In this document: positions 46,462-55,007 of the stretch, in pieces
Position numbering within the stretch: the first letter of the stretch is position 1
How the letters are laid out: each line of letters begins with the position of its first letter
Virus record (IMG/VR): IMGVR_UViG_3300046660_000385
Coordinates: 53,859 to 117,858 of that record
From: a virus
DNA: 64,000 nt
Reading direction: 5' to 3' (one strand)
Notes under the pieces: model-generated
What the model was told of the DNA's origin: nothing
The model's database searches: none
What the model saw: the letters and a program-made list of their open reading frames with translations, nothing else
Program-made: the position numbers and the translations under genes

Positions 46462-46782
46462 TCACTCCTTCTCGGAAAACAGGTCGGGGTTGTTGCGCCA
46501 GGCGATCATCTGGTTGGCCTGCAGCAGGGTGTCGGCGCGCACCGCGCGCCAGGCGTCGGCGGCGTCGCGCAGCCGTTCAAAGTCGTACTCGTCGGCCCCC
46601 ACGATGATCGAGGCCAGGTAGGCGTTGGCCAGCGCCGCCGCCTTGTTTGCCAGCTCGGCGCAATCGTGGGTCGACCAGGAACAGTCGTCGGGCGGGCCGC
46701 CGCGCAGCGCGTTGACGCTGTCCTCGAGGATCTGGCCCATCTCGATGATGCTGCGCTGCAGGCGTTCGATCTCGTCGTTCAT
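46462..46782 (-). CDS. hypothetical protein (106 aa)
   Basis: ATGA overlap, GC3-rich codons. Confidence 0.65.
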   Translation of the reverse strand: MNDEIERLQRSIIEMGQILEDSVNALRGGPPDDCSWSTHDCAELANKAAALANAYLASIIVGADEYDFERLRDAADAWRAVRADTLLQANQMIAWRNNPDLFSEKE

Positions 46783-47012
46783 ATCCAGCTCTCGACAATG
46801 ACGGGGTCATCCCCAGGGCTGCGTGCGATCGGCACCAGGTCGCGCGGCAGCTTGGCGCGCACCTCCTCCAGGGTCGGCGCGAACACGGCGTCGGACGTGG
46901 CAACGGTCGTGCCGCCGGCCAGCACCTCGTGCCGGCGCGCGACGAAACCGCCAGGATGGTCGCGCGGGTGGTCGTATACGGTCCAGACCGACAGCAGTGC
47001 AACGCGGCTCAT
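46779..47012 (-). CDS. conserved hypothetical protein (77 aa)
   Basis: WTVYDHP.D.P..FVARR...DDPVIVESW. Confidence 0.7.
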   Translation of the reverse strand: MSRVALLSVWTVYDHPRDHPGGFVARRHEVLAGGTTVATSDAVFAPTLEEVRAKLPRDLVPIARSPGDDPVIVESWI

Positions 47013-47188
47013 GTGGTGGCCCTTCGCACGATGCGGGTGATGCGGGCGCAGGCCATGCCGGCGCACAGCGCGCCGCCATATGTCACCACCGGCGCGATCC
47101 AGCCGTGCCAGCCCCAGGCCGAGGTCGAGAGCGTCGAGCCGGCCAGGATCACCACCAGCAGCAGTGTGGTTTCGTTGACTGGTTTCAT
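47009..47188 (-). CDS. small two-TM membrane protein (59 aa)
   Basis: MKPVNETTLLLVVILAG...WIAPVVTYGGALCAGMAC; fills gap with stop/start overlap. Confidence 0.55.
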   Translation of the reverse strand: MKPVNETTLLLVVILAGSTLSTSAWGWHGWIAPVVTYGGALCAGMACARITRIVRRATT

Positions 47189-47190
47189 GT

Positions 47191-47688
47191 TCAGTAGTCG
47201 TCCTCGGTCAGGAAAATCGGCCCGCCGCTCAGGTTGAAGGTGACGGACATCTTGCCGTCCAGCTCGCCTGCAAGGTCGCCGACAAAGGCGATGCGGTCGC
47301 CCGGCTCGGCGGCAAGGACAGCGTTGATGACTTTCTCGCGCAGCGGCGTCTTGCCGATCGACAGGCCGCGGACCACCATGCGGCCCTTGTCGGCCAGGCG
47401 GTCGTCCATGCAGGCCGGCAGGCGCGCCAGGGCGTCGATCGCGGCGCGCCCGGCCAGCGTCAGCGACACGCTGCCCAGCTTCTGCCAGCCTTCATTGTCG
47501 ACCTTGCCGCCGGCCCAGCAGCACAGCACCCGGCGGGTGTGCTCGCCGCGCGAGACCGTGGTCTCGAACACGTTCATGTTGACCTGCACGTCCTCGTCCA
47601 CGCCGGTGGCCCCGCGCAGCTGCTTGACCAGGTCGGGGTGGAACTGCGCGCCCAGGATCATGCGCGAGACAATGGTTTCATCGTTCAT
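47191..47688 (-). CDS. hypothetical protein
   Basis: SD GAGGA; GC3-rich. Confidence 0.7.
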   Translation of the reverse strand: MNDETIVSRMILGAQFHPDLVKQLRGATGVDEDVQVNMNVFETTVSRGEHTRRVLCCWAGGKVDNEGWQKLGSVSLTLAGRAAIDALARLPACMDDRLADKGRMVVRGLSIGKTPLREKVINAVLAAEPGDRIAFVGDLAGELDGKMSVTFNLSGGPIFLTEDDY

Positions 47689-47696
47689 GTCTGTCC

Positions 47697-48014
47697 TCAC
47701 TGTAGAGGGGTGTCGGAGTTCTGCTGGTCGAACTGGGCCTTGACCTGCTCGGCCAGCTCGCCCTGCATCTCGACGAAGCCGCCTTTCACGCCCAGGCCGT
47801 CGGTGAAGGCCTGCAGGACCATCATCGTGAACTGGTCCTTGTTCGCACCATTGTCGACCTCGTAGTCAACGATGCTGCGCGCAAAGTAGCCGAACATGAT
47901 GATGGCCAGCTTCGGCGCAATGTCGTGACGCACCATGGCGGCGTGGACCGCGTCCAGGAACTTCTTCGAGGCCATCGCGGTGTCGTCGGTGCTGCGTTCT
48001 TTCTTCTTGGTCAT
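47697..48014 (-). CDS. hypothetical protein (105 aa)
   Basis: ATGA overlap. Confidence 0.65.
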   Translation of the reverse strand: MTKKKERSTDDTAMASKKFLDAVHAAMVRHDIAPKLAIIMFGYFARSIVDYEVDNGANKDQFTMMVLQAFTDGLGVKGGFVEMQGELAEQVKAQFDQQNSDTPLQ

Positions 48015-48436
48015 TGGCGCCACTTTCCTTGTTTGGCAATACGGTAGGGAGGGATGCGCCACAGCGCGCAGATGAGGAGCGCGACCAGCGACGCCGCGGC
48101 GAAGCCCCAGCGCTCGGTCAGCGCGTAGTTGACCAGCGAGCTGGCGTTCCAGATGCCGACCACCCACTGGCCGTACCACCACACCAGCGGGTGCCCGACC
48201 AGCCCTCTGGTGCGGATCGGCGGGAGCGGCGTGAACGGCTCGCCCATCAGGCGGTGGATCTCGCCGCGCACGGCGTCGGCCTGGAACAGCAGGCGCTTGC
48301 CGCGTTTGTTCTCCAGCAGCTGCCAGAGCACGAACCGGCCCGGCTTGTAGATCCGGTCCAGCTCGTCCATCAGCACGGCCATGACGCCGTGCAGGTAAGC
48401 CAGCCGGTGCTCGCGGTCGAGTCGGTCGTCGTTCAT
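48011..48436 (-). CDS. hypothetical membrane protein
   Basis: SD GGAGG; C-terminal hydrophobic segments. Confidence 0.6.
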   Translation of the reverse strand: MNDDRLDREHRLAYLHGVMAVLMDELDRIYKPGRFVLWQLLENKRGKRLLFQADAVRGEIHRLMGEPFTPLPPIRTRGLVGHPLVWWYGQWVVGIWNASSLVNYALTERWGFAAASLVALLICALWRIPPYRIAKQGKWRQ

Positions 48437-48582
48437 GCGCGCCTCCGGGCCAGGTCCTCGCCCAGCGCCTCGACCACCAGCTCCTCGAGCGAGCAGCTGC
48501 GGATGCGCGCCCTGCAGGCCAGTGCGCAGATGGTTGGCCACGGTAGGCGCACCGGCATGTCGATGTCGGGTTCGGGAATCAT
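48433..48582 (-). CDS. 49-aa ribbon-helix-helix-like protein
   Basis: SD AGGAGG; MPVRLP....AL..RA.....SLEELVVEAL fits an Arc/CopG-type pattern. Confidence 0.45.
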   Translation of the reverse strand: MIPEPDIDMPVRLPWPTICALACRARIRSCSLEELVVEALGEDLARRRA

Positions 48583-48905
48583 CAGTGCCTCCTGACCGGC
48601 AACACGATCGTCTGCGGGGTCTCGTCATCGCCGGCCTTCATGGTGCGCACCAGCTCGGCCGGCAGGCTCATCACCTCGATGAACTGCAGCGTCATCGCCC
48701 GGCGCGCGTCGTCGAGCTTGATGGCCGGGTTTTCCCTCATCACCACGGCAGCCACGCCGCGGCAGGCGACGGCGGCAGCCAACACCATGTTCAGCCAGGT
48801 GAGGTCGGGATTGGCGCGCCCGGCCGCCGTCATCGCGTCGGTCAGGGTAGCGGCCAGCTGCATCATCGCCTCGGCATGCGCCGGGTCCATTTGGTCGTCA
48901 TTCAT
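48582..48905 (-). CDS. hypothetical protein (107 aa)
   Basis: ATGA overlap. Confidence 0.65.
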   Translation of the reverse strand: MNDDQMDPAHAEAMMQLAATLTDAMTAAGRANPDLTWLNMVLAAAVACRGVAAVVMRENPAIKLDDARRAMTLQFIEVMSLPAELVRTMKAGDDETPQTIVLPVRRH

Positions 48906-49273
48906 TTGAGGGTCCCCAGGCTGGCGATGCCAACGAAGATGTCCGGCGGGCGCGGGATCTCGAGGTCCAGCGGACGCCACATATGTAAACAGTTCGGGTG
49001 GTTGGAAATCCAGGATGAGCGCGGGACGTGCAGCTGCATCACCGTGTCCTCATGATCCCAGAACAATTCTTTCACGGCGCACATTTCGTCCCACAGCGGA
49101 CAGCGATCCTGACGCGAGACGGACACATGCTCCCAGCCGAGCTTGTCGGAACAGATCACGCGCAGGGTCTGGTTGCGCGCCAGCTTGACCATGAACAGGC
49201 CGTTGTTGCCGGCTTCCGGCGTGGTGCCGTACATGCCGCTGGTAACGCGAAAACGTTCTGGGGCTTTCATCAT
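48902..49273 (-). CDS. conserved phage protein (WEHVSVS family)
   Basis: GWEHVSVS...RCP.WDEMC.VKELFW...HPNCLH.WRP. Confidence 0.75.
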   Translation of the reverse strand: MMKAPERFRVTSGMYGTTPEAGNNGLFMVKLARNQTLRVICSDKLGWEHVSVSRQDRCPLWDEMCAVKELFWDHEDTVMQLHVPRSSWISNHPNCLHMWRPLDLEIPRPPDIFVGIASLGTLK

Positions 49274-49425
49274 GGGTCGGGTAATTGTCGGTAAGGAACA
49301 GCCTACGATATTAGGGTAGACCTGTCCCAAGTGGCAACTTTTTTTGCCAAGTGTAAGGGGTTCGCCACCGGCGTGGAGCACGCCTGTTCCGCATCTTCCG
49401 CAGTGTGAGAATGTGTGAGTTTTGG

Positions 49426-50331
49426 TCAGCTTTTCAGCAGCAGGGCCAGGTTGTCCTCGACCAGCCGGTGCAGGGCGTCGTAGTTGATATTGCCGGACAC
49501 GCGAGCGCCGTCGCCGGTCAGCACCAGGCGCACGCCGCCGCCCAGCTCGATGTCCTTGCTGGGCTTCTTCGCGCGCGGGTTGACCTGGTCCTCGATCCAG
49601 CGCGGCACCCCGCCCTGCGTCAGCAATTCCTTGGCGAGCAGGCACAGCGCATCGAACACGGCCAGTTCGTGCTGCGGGCAGTAGGGCTTGAGCTTCTTGG
49701 CCAGGTTGTAGCCGACCAGACCCGGGTGGTCGTCGAGCAGCTGGTGGACGCTTTGCGGCAGTGCGCCGAAGGTGTCCAGGTGCTGGATGATAGTACGGTC
49801 GATGTTGAGCAGGCGCGCCAGGTCGATGTTGCTCTTGACGGCGCCCGCCTCGCGCAGCATCTGCATGTGCTTGTACAGTTCCCAGTCGCCGAGGTTCTTG
49901 CGCGTGGTGTTTTCCGACGTCAGCGCGCGCGCCGCTTCGATGTCCGACAGGTTTCGCACGAAGGCCGGGATCTCGGGCCGCCCCAGGCGCCGGAACGCTT
50001 CGACCCGGTGGTGGCCGGCGACCAGCTCGAACCGGGGTGTGATTTTATCACACCCCCCCTCGGTCCCCGGCGGCAGCGGGCGCACGATGACCGGGTCGTG
50101 CAGGGTGTCCTCGCGCACGCTCTCGACCAGGACCTCCATGTAGGCTTCGTCGACCTTCCCCCGGCGCTGGTAGCGCGAAGGCGCGATCGCGTCCAGCGGC
50201 AGCAGTTGCGGCGGCGCGACTTCGTTGCCCATGCTGCCGAAGATCGTGGAGGCGACGTCGCTGCGGCCGGCGGCTGGCGGCGCGCGCCGGCTGGCCGCTT
50301 CGGCCAGCTGCTTTTCGAGCTTACTCGACAT
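49426..50331 (-). CDS. parB: ParB/Spo0J-family partition protein
   Basis: YQRR, PVIVRP, ELVAGHHR..A, EN..R..L, HTH; directly downstream of parA. Confidence 0.9.
   Translation of the reverse strand: MSSKLEKQLAEAASRRAPPAAGRSDVASTIFGSMGNEVAPPQLLPLDAIAPSRYQRRGKVDEAYMEVLVESVREDTLHDPVIVRPLPPGTEGGCDKITPRFELVAGHHRVEAFRRLGRPEIPAFVRNLSDIEAARALTSENTTRKNLGDWELYKHMQMLREAGAVKSNIDLARLLNIDRTIIQHLDTFGALPQSVHQLLDDHPGLVGYNLAKKLKPYCPQHELAVFDALCLLAKELLTQGGVPRWIEDQVNPRAKKPSKDIELGGGVRLVLTGDGARVSGNINYDALHRLVEDNLALLLKS
50034..50056. repeat. palindrome copy 2, candidate parS (inside parB)
   Basis: GGGGTGTGAT-TTT-ATCACACCCC. Confidence 0.75.
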
Positions 50332-51115
50332 CGGCCAGTTCCTTCGCCTGCAGGCCCAGCTTGGCCATCACTTCGCGCGACAGGTCGAACACGGCGCGGG
50401 TGACGGTATGGTCCTTGTCGAACTGCAGGATGGTCTGGCCGAGGATCTGGCCCTTCTGCACATCGGTGCTGGCCGGGATCGTCGCGGCGAATACATCGTA
50501 GTATTCGCGCACGCTGTTGGCGATGATCCGGCACACGGTCTTGCGGCCGTCGTGCCTGGTCAGCACCGCGCCGCCCAGCTGCAGGCGCGGGTTGACGATG
50601 CGCGCCTCGTTGATGAAGTTCAGGGTGTCGTCGCTGCCGGTGAGCGACAGCTTCGAGCCGGATTCGACCGGCACGATCACCATGTCGGCCGCGGCCAGGG
50701 CGTTCGCGGTCAGGCTGCCCAGCGACGGCGGGCAGTCCAGGATGATGATGTCGTAGACCTCGGCCACGCTCCTGAGCTTTTCCGCCACCAGGCGGGTCGA
50801 GGTGAACGGGTTGTTCTGCAGGCTCCGTTCGAGGTTGGCCAGCTTGATGGTCGAGCCGAGCACATGCACGCCGGGGATGCGCGTTTCCGTGATGATGGCC
50901 TCGGCCATCGTGACGTCGCCGGCCAGCAGCTTCTCGATCGGCGCCGGCGGCGCCGCCTCGAACGAATAGGCCAGCTTGGTGGCGTTGGCCTGCGGGTCCA
51001 GGTCGACCAGCAGCACGCTCTGGCCTTCGCGGCTCATCGCATCGGCCATGTTGACACAGCAGAACGTCTTGCAGACGCCGCCCTTGTGGTTCACTACCGC
51101 GAGTATCTTTGCCAT
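50321..51115 (-). CDS. parA: ParA/Soj-family ATPase
   Basis: NHKGGVCKT deviant Walker A, VDLDPQAN, DCPPSLG. Confidence 0.93.
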   Translation of the reverse strand: MAKILAVVNHKGGVCKTFCCVNMADAMSREGQSVLLVDLDPQANATKLAYSFEAAPPAPIEKLLAGDVTMAEAIITETRIPGVHVLGSTIKLANLERSLQNNPFTSTRLVAEKLRSVAEVYDIIILDCPPSLGSLTANALAAADMVIVPVESGSKLSLTGSDDTLNFINEARIVNPRLQLGGAVLTRHDGRKTVCRIIANSVREYYDVFAATIPASTDVQKGQILGQTILQFDKDHTVTRAVFDLSREVMAKLGLQAKELADVE

Positions 51116-51184
51116 GTGGACGCCTCTTCTCTTTGGAAGAGGAAATTATCGCACAGGGTGGCGGGAATTACCAGTTTGAAACAA

Positions 51185-51207
51185 GGGGTGTGATACGATC
51201 ACACCCC
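51185..51207. repeat. palindrome copy 3, candidate parS / parAB operator
   Basis: GGGGTGTGAT-ACG-ATCACACCCC upstream of parA. Confidence 0.75.
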
Positions 51208-51227
51208 CCGTTTGCGGACCGGCTCGC

Positions 51228-51872
51228 TCAGGCGGCGCTGGACAGGTACATCGCGGTCAGTGCATCGCGCAGGGCGTCGAGGTCGCCGTTGATCTGCAGC
51301 GGTTCCTGGCCGATTCCGCGCAGGATCTGCACGGTCTTGCCGTTGGCGCGGCGGGCCATGACGATCACCTTGTGGTAGGCGCGCAGCGATTCGAGCTTGT
51401 TCATCGAGTCGGCCGCGTCCAGCAGCAGCAGCTTGAACTCCTTGCCGAACTCGTTCTCGATGGTGCGGTGGTGGATCTGCGGCAGCGCGATCACGGCCAC
51501 GCGGCGGCGGAACGCCAGCGGCTGCTTGTCGGCCGGGGCCGGCGCGCGCTGCATCGGGGCCGGGACCAGCTGCACCGGCGCGGGCACCTCGACCGGGGCC
51601 GCTGCCGGAACCGCCAGCAATGGCGGCACCGCGGGCGGGGCTTCCTCCCCGCGCACGCCGGCCAGCCAGCCGGGATAGCCGCCCAGGCGCCACAGGTCCC
51701 ACTTCGCAATCAGGTTGCCCATCGTGCTGTCGGCATCGGTGATGCCCTGCTGGGTCATGAAGTCCTTGATGTCCTTGCGCAGCGCCAGGCCATAGTCGGA
51801 CCACTCGGCCTCCTCCTGGCTGCGGTGCACCTGGCCGTCCTCGGACAGGTATGCGGTGATCGGCTTTGCCAA
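51228..51872 (-). CDS. hypothetical protein with C-terminal alpha/beta domain
   Basis: SD GAAGGAG, TTG start; C-terminus resembles that of 41243..43507. Confidence 0.7.
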   Translation of the reverse strand: MAKPITAYLSEDGQVHRSQEEAEWSDYGLALRKDIKDFMTQQGITDADSTMGNLIAKWDLWRLGGYPGWLAGVRGEEAPPAVPPLLAVPAAAPVEVPAPVQLVPAPMQRAPAPADKQPLAFRRRVAVIALPQIHHRTIENEFGKEFKLLLLDAADSMNKLESLRAYHKVIVMARRANGKTVQILRGIGQEPLQINGDLDALRDALTAMYLSSAA

Positions 51873-51998
51873 AGTCTCTCCTTCATGCGGGGCGATGGTC
51901 GCGCCAGCCCTGCCCGCTGCGGGCATGTCGCGTTTTCACTGGAGCAAAAACACTAACTCGAAGGACCATAGTATTGCAAATATGGAACTTTGGGCAGG

Positions 51999-52021
51999 GG
52001 GGTGTGATAGTATCACACCCC
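51999..52021. repeat. palindrome copy 4, candidate parS
   Basis: GGGGTGTGAT-AGT-ATCACACCCC. Confidence 0.75.
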
Positions 52022-52525
52022 TTTTTCTGCGCGGTGGGCAGCGCGGATGGCCCGCAGGTGCGCCATCCACTCGGCGCGGTCGCCCCCGACCTGGTACTCG
52101 AGGACCTGCGACCCCACGCGGACGCGGCGTACGCGGGCGGCCAGGCGTTCGTCGCTGGCTTCGCGCGCCGCGATCCGCTCGGCCCGGCGGACCTCGGCGG
52201 CGGCCATGCGCGCGGCCAGCTGCTCGGCCTGCCGGGCGGCATCGGCAGCGCGGCGGGCGCGGCGTTCCGCCTCGGCCTCGTACTGCCTGGCGATGCGGAC
52301 GGCCTTGCGTTCGGCCGCCAGCTGGTCGCGCTTGGTGGCAGCGGCGGCCTTCATGCGCGCCACCAGTTCGGCGACCTCGGCCGACGTCGCGCCGCTGGCC
52401 CGGCTGGCGGCGATCAGGGCCTGTGCCGTGCCCTTCGGCGGCTTGCGGCGGCGCGGGCGGTTCGCCTTCGCTTCCCGGTAGGCCGCCAGTTCCGCCGCCA
52501 GCTTCGGACTGATCCGGGCTGTCAT
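52013..52525 (-). CDS. Ala/Arg-rich coiled-coil protein
   Basis: TGATG overlap with upstream gene; fills gap. Confidence 0.55.
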   Translation of the reverse strand: MTARISPKLAAELAAYREAKANRPRRRKPPKGTAQALIAASRASGATSAEVAELVARMKAAAATKRDQLAAERKAVRIARQYEAEAERRARRAADAARQAEQLAARMAAAEVRRAERIAAREASDERLAARVRRVRVGSQVLEYQVGGDRAEWMAHLRAIRAAHRAEKGV

Positions 52526-52773
52526 CAGGCCGGCAGCGGTGCGTACAGCAGCGCGCGCAGGTCGTTGATCGACAGGCCGGTGGCGTCGTGCGCCTTGATG
52601 AGGAACGCCGGCGAGACCGGGTTCACGCCGTGGCGCATCTTGCTGATGACCGGCGGCGCGATCTCCAGCAGGCGGCACATGGCGGCGTCGTTCTTGCAGG
52701 CCAGGACCTCGAGCAGCTTGTCGAGCAGCTCGTTCGGGTTCTGGGTGTGCGGGTCGGGTTTCTTGCGTGGCAT
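52525..52773 (-). CDS. small XRE-like HTH protein
   Basis: SD AAGGAGG; NPN.LLD.L...KNDAA..R.LEIAPPVISK.RH. Confidence 0.75.
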   Translation of the reverse strand: MPRKKPDPHTQNPNELLDKLLEVLACKNDAAMCRLLEIAPPVISKMRHGVNPVSPAFLIKAHDATGLSINDLRALLYAPLPA

Positions 52774-52789
52774 GGTGCCTCCTTGGTGG

Positions 52790-53182
52790 TTATGTGAACT
52801 GCACGCCCAGCTCCTGAGCGGCATGGACTTCGACGGCCTGCATGAACTGGCTGAACTCCTCGACCGAGAGGTCGGTCGAGGACATCGCCATCGTGGCGCC
52901 GCCCGGCAGGTCGACCACGCCGATGAACTGGCGTTTGAATTCTTCGTGCCACACGGCCTTGCTGTAGCGGCGCCCGCCGACCCAGGCCTGCTCGGCGATC
53001 GCGCCCAGCACGGCCGGGCCGAAGTAGCGGCGGTTCTGTTCGAGCGAGCGCTTGCTGCGATAAAACGTGACCGTCACGGCAAGGAACCGTCCCTCGGCGG
53101 CGAACTGCTGCCAGTTCGCCGTCAGGAACGCGACCAGGCTGGCCAGGTGCATCGCCTCGCGCAGCACGAACAGGCGCTGCAT
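52790..53182 (-). CDS. ninB: NinB/YbcN-family recombination protein
   Basis: KRSLEQNRRY, W...FK, SSTDLSVEEFSQFM..VE..AA..LGV. Confidence 0.75.
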   Translation of the reverse strand: MQRLFVLREAMHLASLVAFLTANWQQFAAEGRFLAVTVTFYRSKRSLEQNRRYFGPAVLGAIAEQAWVGGRRYSKAVWHEEFKRQFIGVVDLPGGATMAMSSTDLSVEEFSQFMQAVEVHAAQELGVQFT

Positions 53183-53586
53183 CAGAGGACCGGCTCCACG
53201 CCCTCCGCGGCCAGATCCTCGCTCGAGCGCTTGATCGCCTGGCTCAGGCGGTCGACGAAGATCGGCACCGTGTGCTCCGGGTTGCTGAGCGCGCGCGCCA
53301 TGACCCAGGCCAGCGCGTCGGCCAGGTAGCCCAGACTGGCGCCGATCCGCAGCACGTACGCGATCACGTCCGGCTCCAGCTCGCTGGTGTCGACCTTCGA
53401 CATGTCCAGCGTCTCCATCGGCATGGCCTCGAACATCGCCTCGAAGAAGCAGGCAAAGCAGGGCACGCCGTTGCGGTCGCGCTCGATCACGGTCAGGCCC
53501 TCGGCGGGCGCCTTGTCGTCGTGGTCGTGGGCGACGAAGAAGCCGGTGTGGAAACCGGGCATGCTCGGGATCAGGTCAGTGGACAT
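53182..53586 (-). CDS. acidic CxxC protein (paralog A)
   Basis: GVPCFACFFEAMFEA. Confidence 0.7.
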   Translation of the reverse strand: MSTDLIPSMPGFHTGFFVAHDHDDKAPAEGLTVIERDRNGVPCFACFFEAMFEAMPMETLDMSKVDTSELEPDVIAYVLRIGASLGYLADALAWVMARALSNPEHTVPIFVDRLSQAIKRSSEDLAAEGVEPVL

Positions 53587-53926
53587 GGGCACCTTCCGGG
53601 GCGTTGAGCAGCTGCACCGTGTTGTCGATGCGTTCGTGGAACGCTTCCAGCATTTCCTCGGCGCCTTCGCCGGCGATCTGCACCGCCAGCCGGGCGATGG
53701 CATCGGCCACCAGGGTGAAGGTCCCGCCGACGCGGCGCGCGTACTCGACCGCTTCCGGGTCGACGTCCTCGACGTCTTCCGGGTCCAGCACGACCGTCAC
53801 CAGGTCGTCCTCGGACAGGGCGTCGAACACCGCGCCGAAGTAGCAGCCGAAGCACGGCAGGCCGCCGTCCTCGGGGTGGAACACGGTGTCGTATTCCGGG
53901 CCTTGCGCGTCGTCATGCTCACTCAT
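53576..53926 (-). CDS. acidic CxxC protein (paralog B)
   Basis: SD AAGGAGG; GLPCFGCYFGAVFDA. Confidence 0.7.
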   Translation of the reverse strand: MSEHDDAQGPEYDTVFHPEDGGLPCFGCYFGAVFDALSEDDLVTVVLDPEDVEDVDPEAVEYARRVGGTFTLVADAIARLAVQIAGEGAEEMLEAFHERIDNTVQLLNAPEGAHVH

Positions 53927-54545
53927 AGGGTGGTCCCTCCTTGGGCAGTTTCAGGGTGGCGCGCAGGCTCTGGTACTCGCCGCGCTTGGGGAAGCTGATG
54001 CCGCGCTCCCAGCGCGAGATCTGGGCGCCGCTGACGCCGACCTCGCGGCCCAGCTGGTCCGGCGTCATGCCCTCGTTCAGGCGCGCCTCGGCGATGTCCT
54101 GGCCTTCCAGGAACACGTCGGGGCAGTCGGTCCCGCGCAGCGCCTTGAACGTGACCACGCGGGTACGGCGCTTCTTGACCGGGGCCGGGGGCGGGGCCGT
54201 GACCAGCTCGACCGGCTCCTCGAGCGGACCCAGGTGCTGCTGGACCCATTCCAGGTGCTGCTCGGGCGGCGGCAGGTTCGGCACCGGCGGCGCCGGCGGC
54301 GACAGGCGCACCTCCTGCGGCACGCCGGCGTCGACCGCGGCCAGCTTCATGTAGAACTCGTTGAAGAAACGCAGCTTGCGGCCCGGCGGCGCCGACTCGC
54401 CCAGCACCAGGGCGACCGCGCGTGCGACCTCCTCCATGAAGTGGCCGGTGGCGATGTCGTACATGAACGGGTCCGGGTTGGCGACCGACAGGGCCGCCAG
54501 GCGTTCGGACAGGAACTTCTCGGTGGGGTTCAGATCGCGGCTCAT
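53919..54545 (-). CDS. protein with C-terminal XRE HTH
   Basis: IAEARLNEGMTPDQLGREVGVSGAQISRWERG...P. Confidence 0.8.
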   Translation of the reverse strand: MSRDLNPTEKFLSERLAALSVANPDPFMYDIATGHFMEEVARAVALVLGESAPPGRKLRFFNEFYMKLAAVDAGVPQEVRLSPPAPPVPNLPPPEQHLEWVQQHLGPLEEPVELVTAPPPAPVKKRRTRVVTFKALRGTDCPDVFLEGQDIAEARLNEGMTPDQLGREVGVSGAQISRWERGISFPKRGEYQSLRATLKLPKEGPPYE

Positions 54546-54554
54546 ACTTGCCTC

Positions 54555-54992
54555 TCAGAACGGGACATCGTCCATGCTTGCCGGCTGCGCCGGGCGCGCG
54601 GCCTGGGCCGGGCGGCTGTTCTGCTGGCCCTGGTAGCCGCCGCCGCTGGCGCCGTCGGGGCGTCCGCCCAGCATCTGCATGGTCTCGGCCACGATGTCGG
54701 TGGCGTACTTCTCGACGCCGTCCTTGTCGGTGTACTTGCGGGTCTGCAGGCGGCCCTCGACGTAGACCGAGCTGCCCTTCTTGAGGTACTGGCCGACGAT
54801 CTCGGCCAGCTTGCCGAAGAAGGAGATACGGTGCCATTCGGTCAGCTCGGTCTGCTCGCCGGTGTTCGGGTCCTTCTTCTTGAACGAGGTGGCCACGGCG
54901 ATGTTGGCGATCGGGTCGCCGCTGGGCATGTAGCGCATTTCTGGGTCGCGGCCGAGGTTGCCGACGATGATGACTTTATTGACAGATGCCAT
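54555..54992 (-). CDS. ssb: single-stranded DNA-binding protein
   Basis: [37 protein letters not shown] tail. Confidence 0.97.
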   Translation of the reverse strand: MASVNKVIIVGNLGRDPEMRYMPSGDPIANIAVATSFKKKDPNTGEQTELTEWHRISFFGKLAEIVGQYLKKGSSVYVEGRLQTRKYTDKDGVEKYATDIVAETMQMLGGRPDGASGGGYQGQQNSRPAQAARPAQPASMDDVPF

Positions 54993-55007
54993 GTTGATTC
55001 CTTTCGT

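Noticed and set aside
49332-49349. TGGCAA-N6-TTGCCA inverted repeat downstream of parB
   Set aside because: Single short copy with no second instance noticed; could be an operator but unsupported
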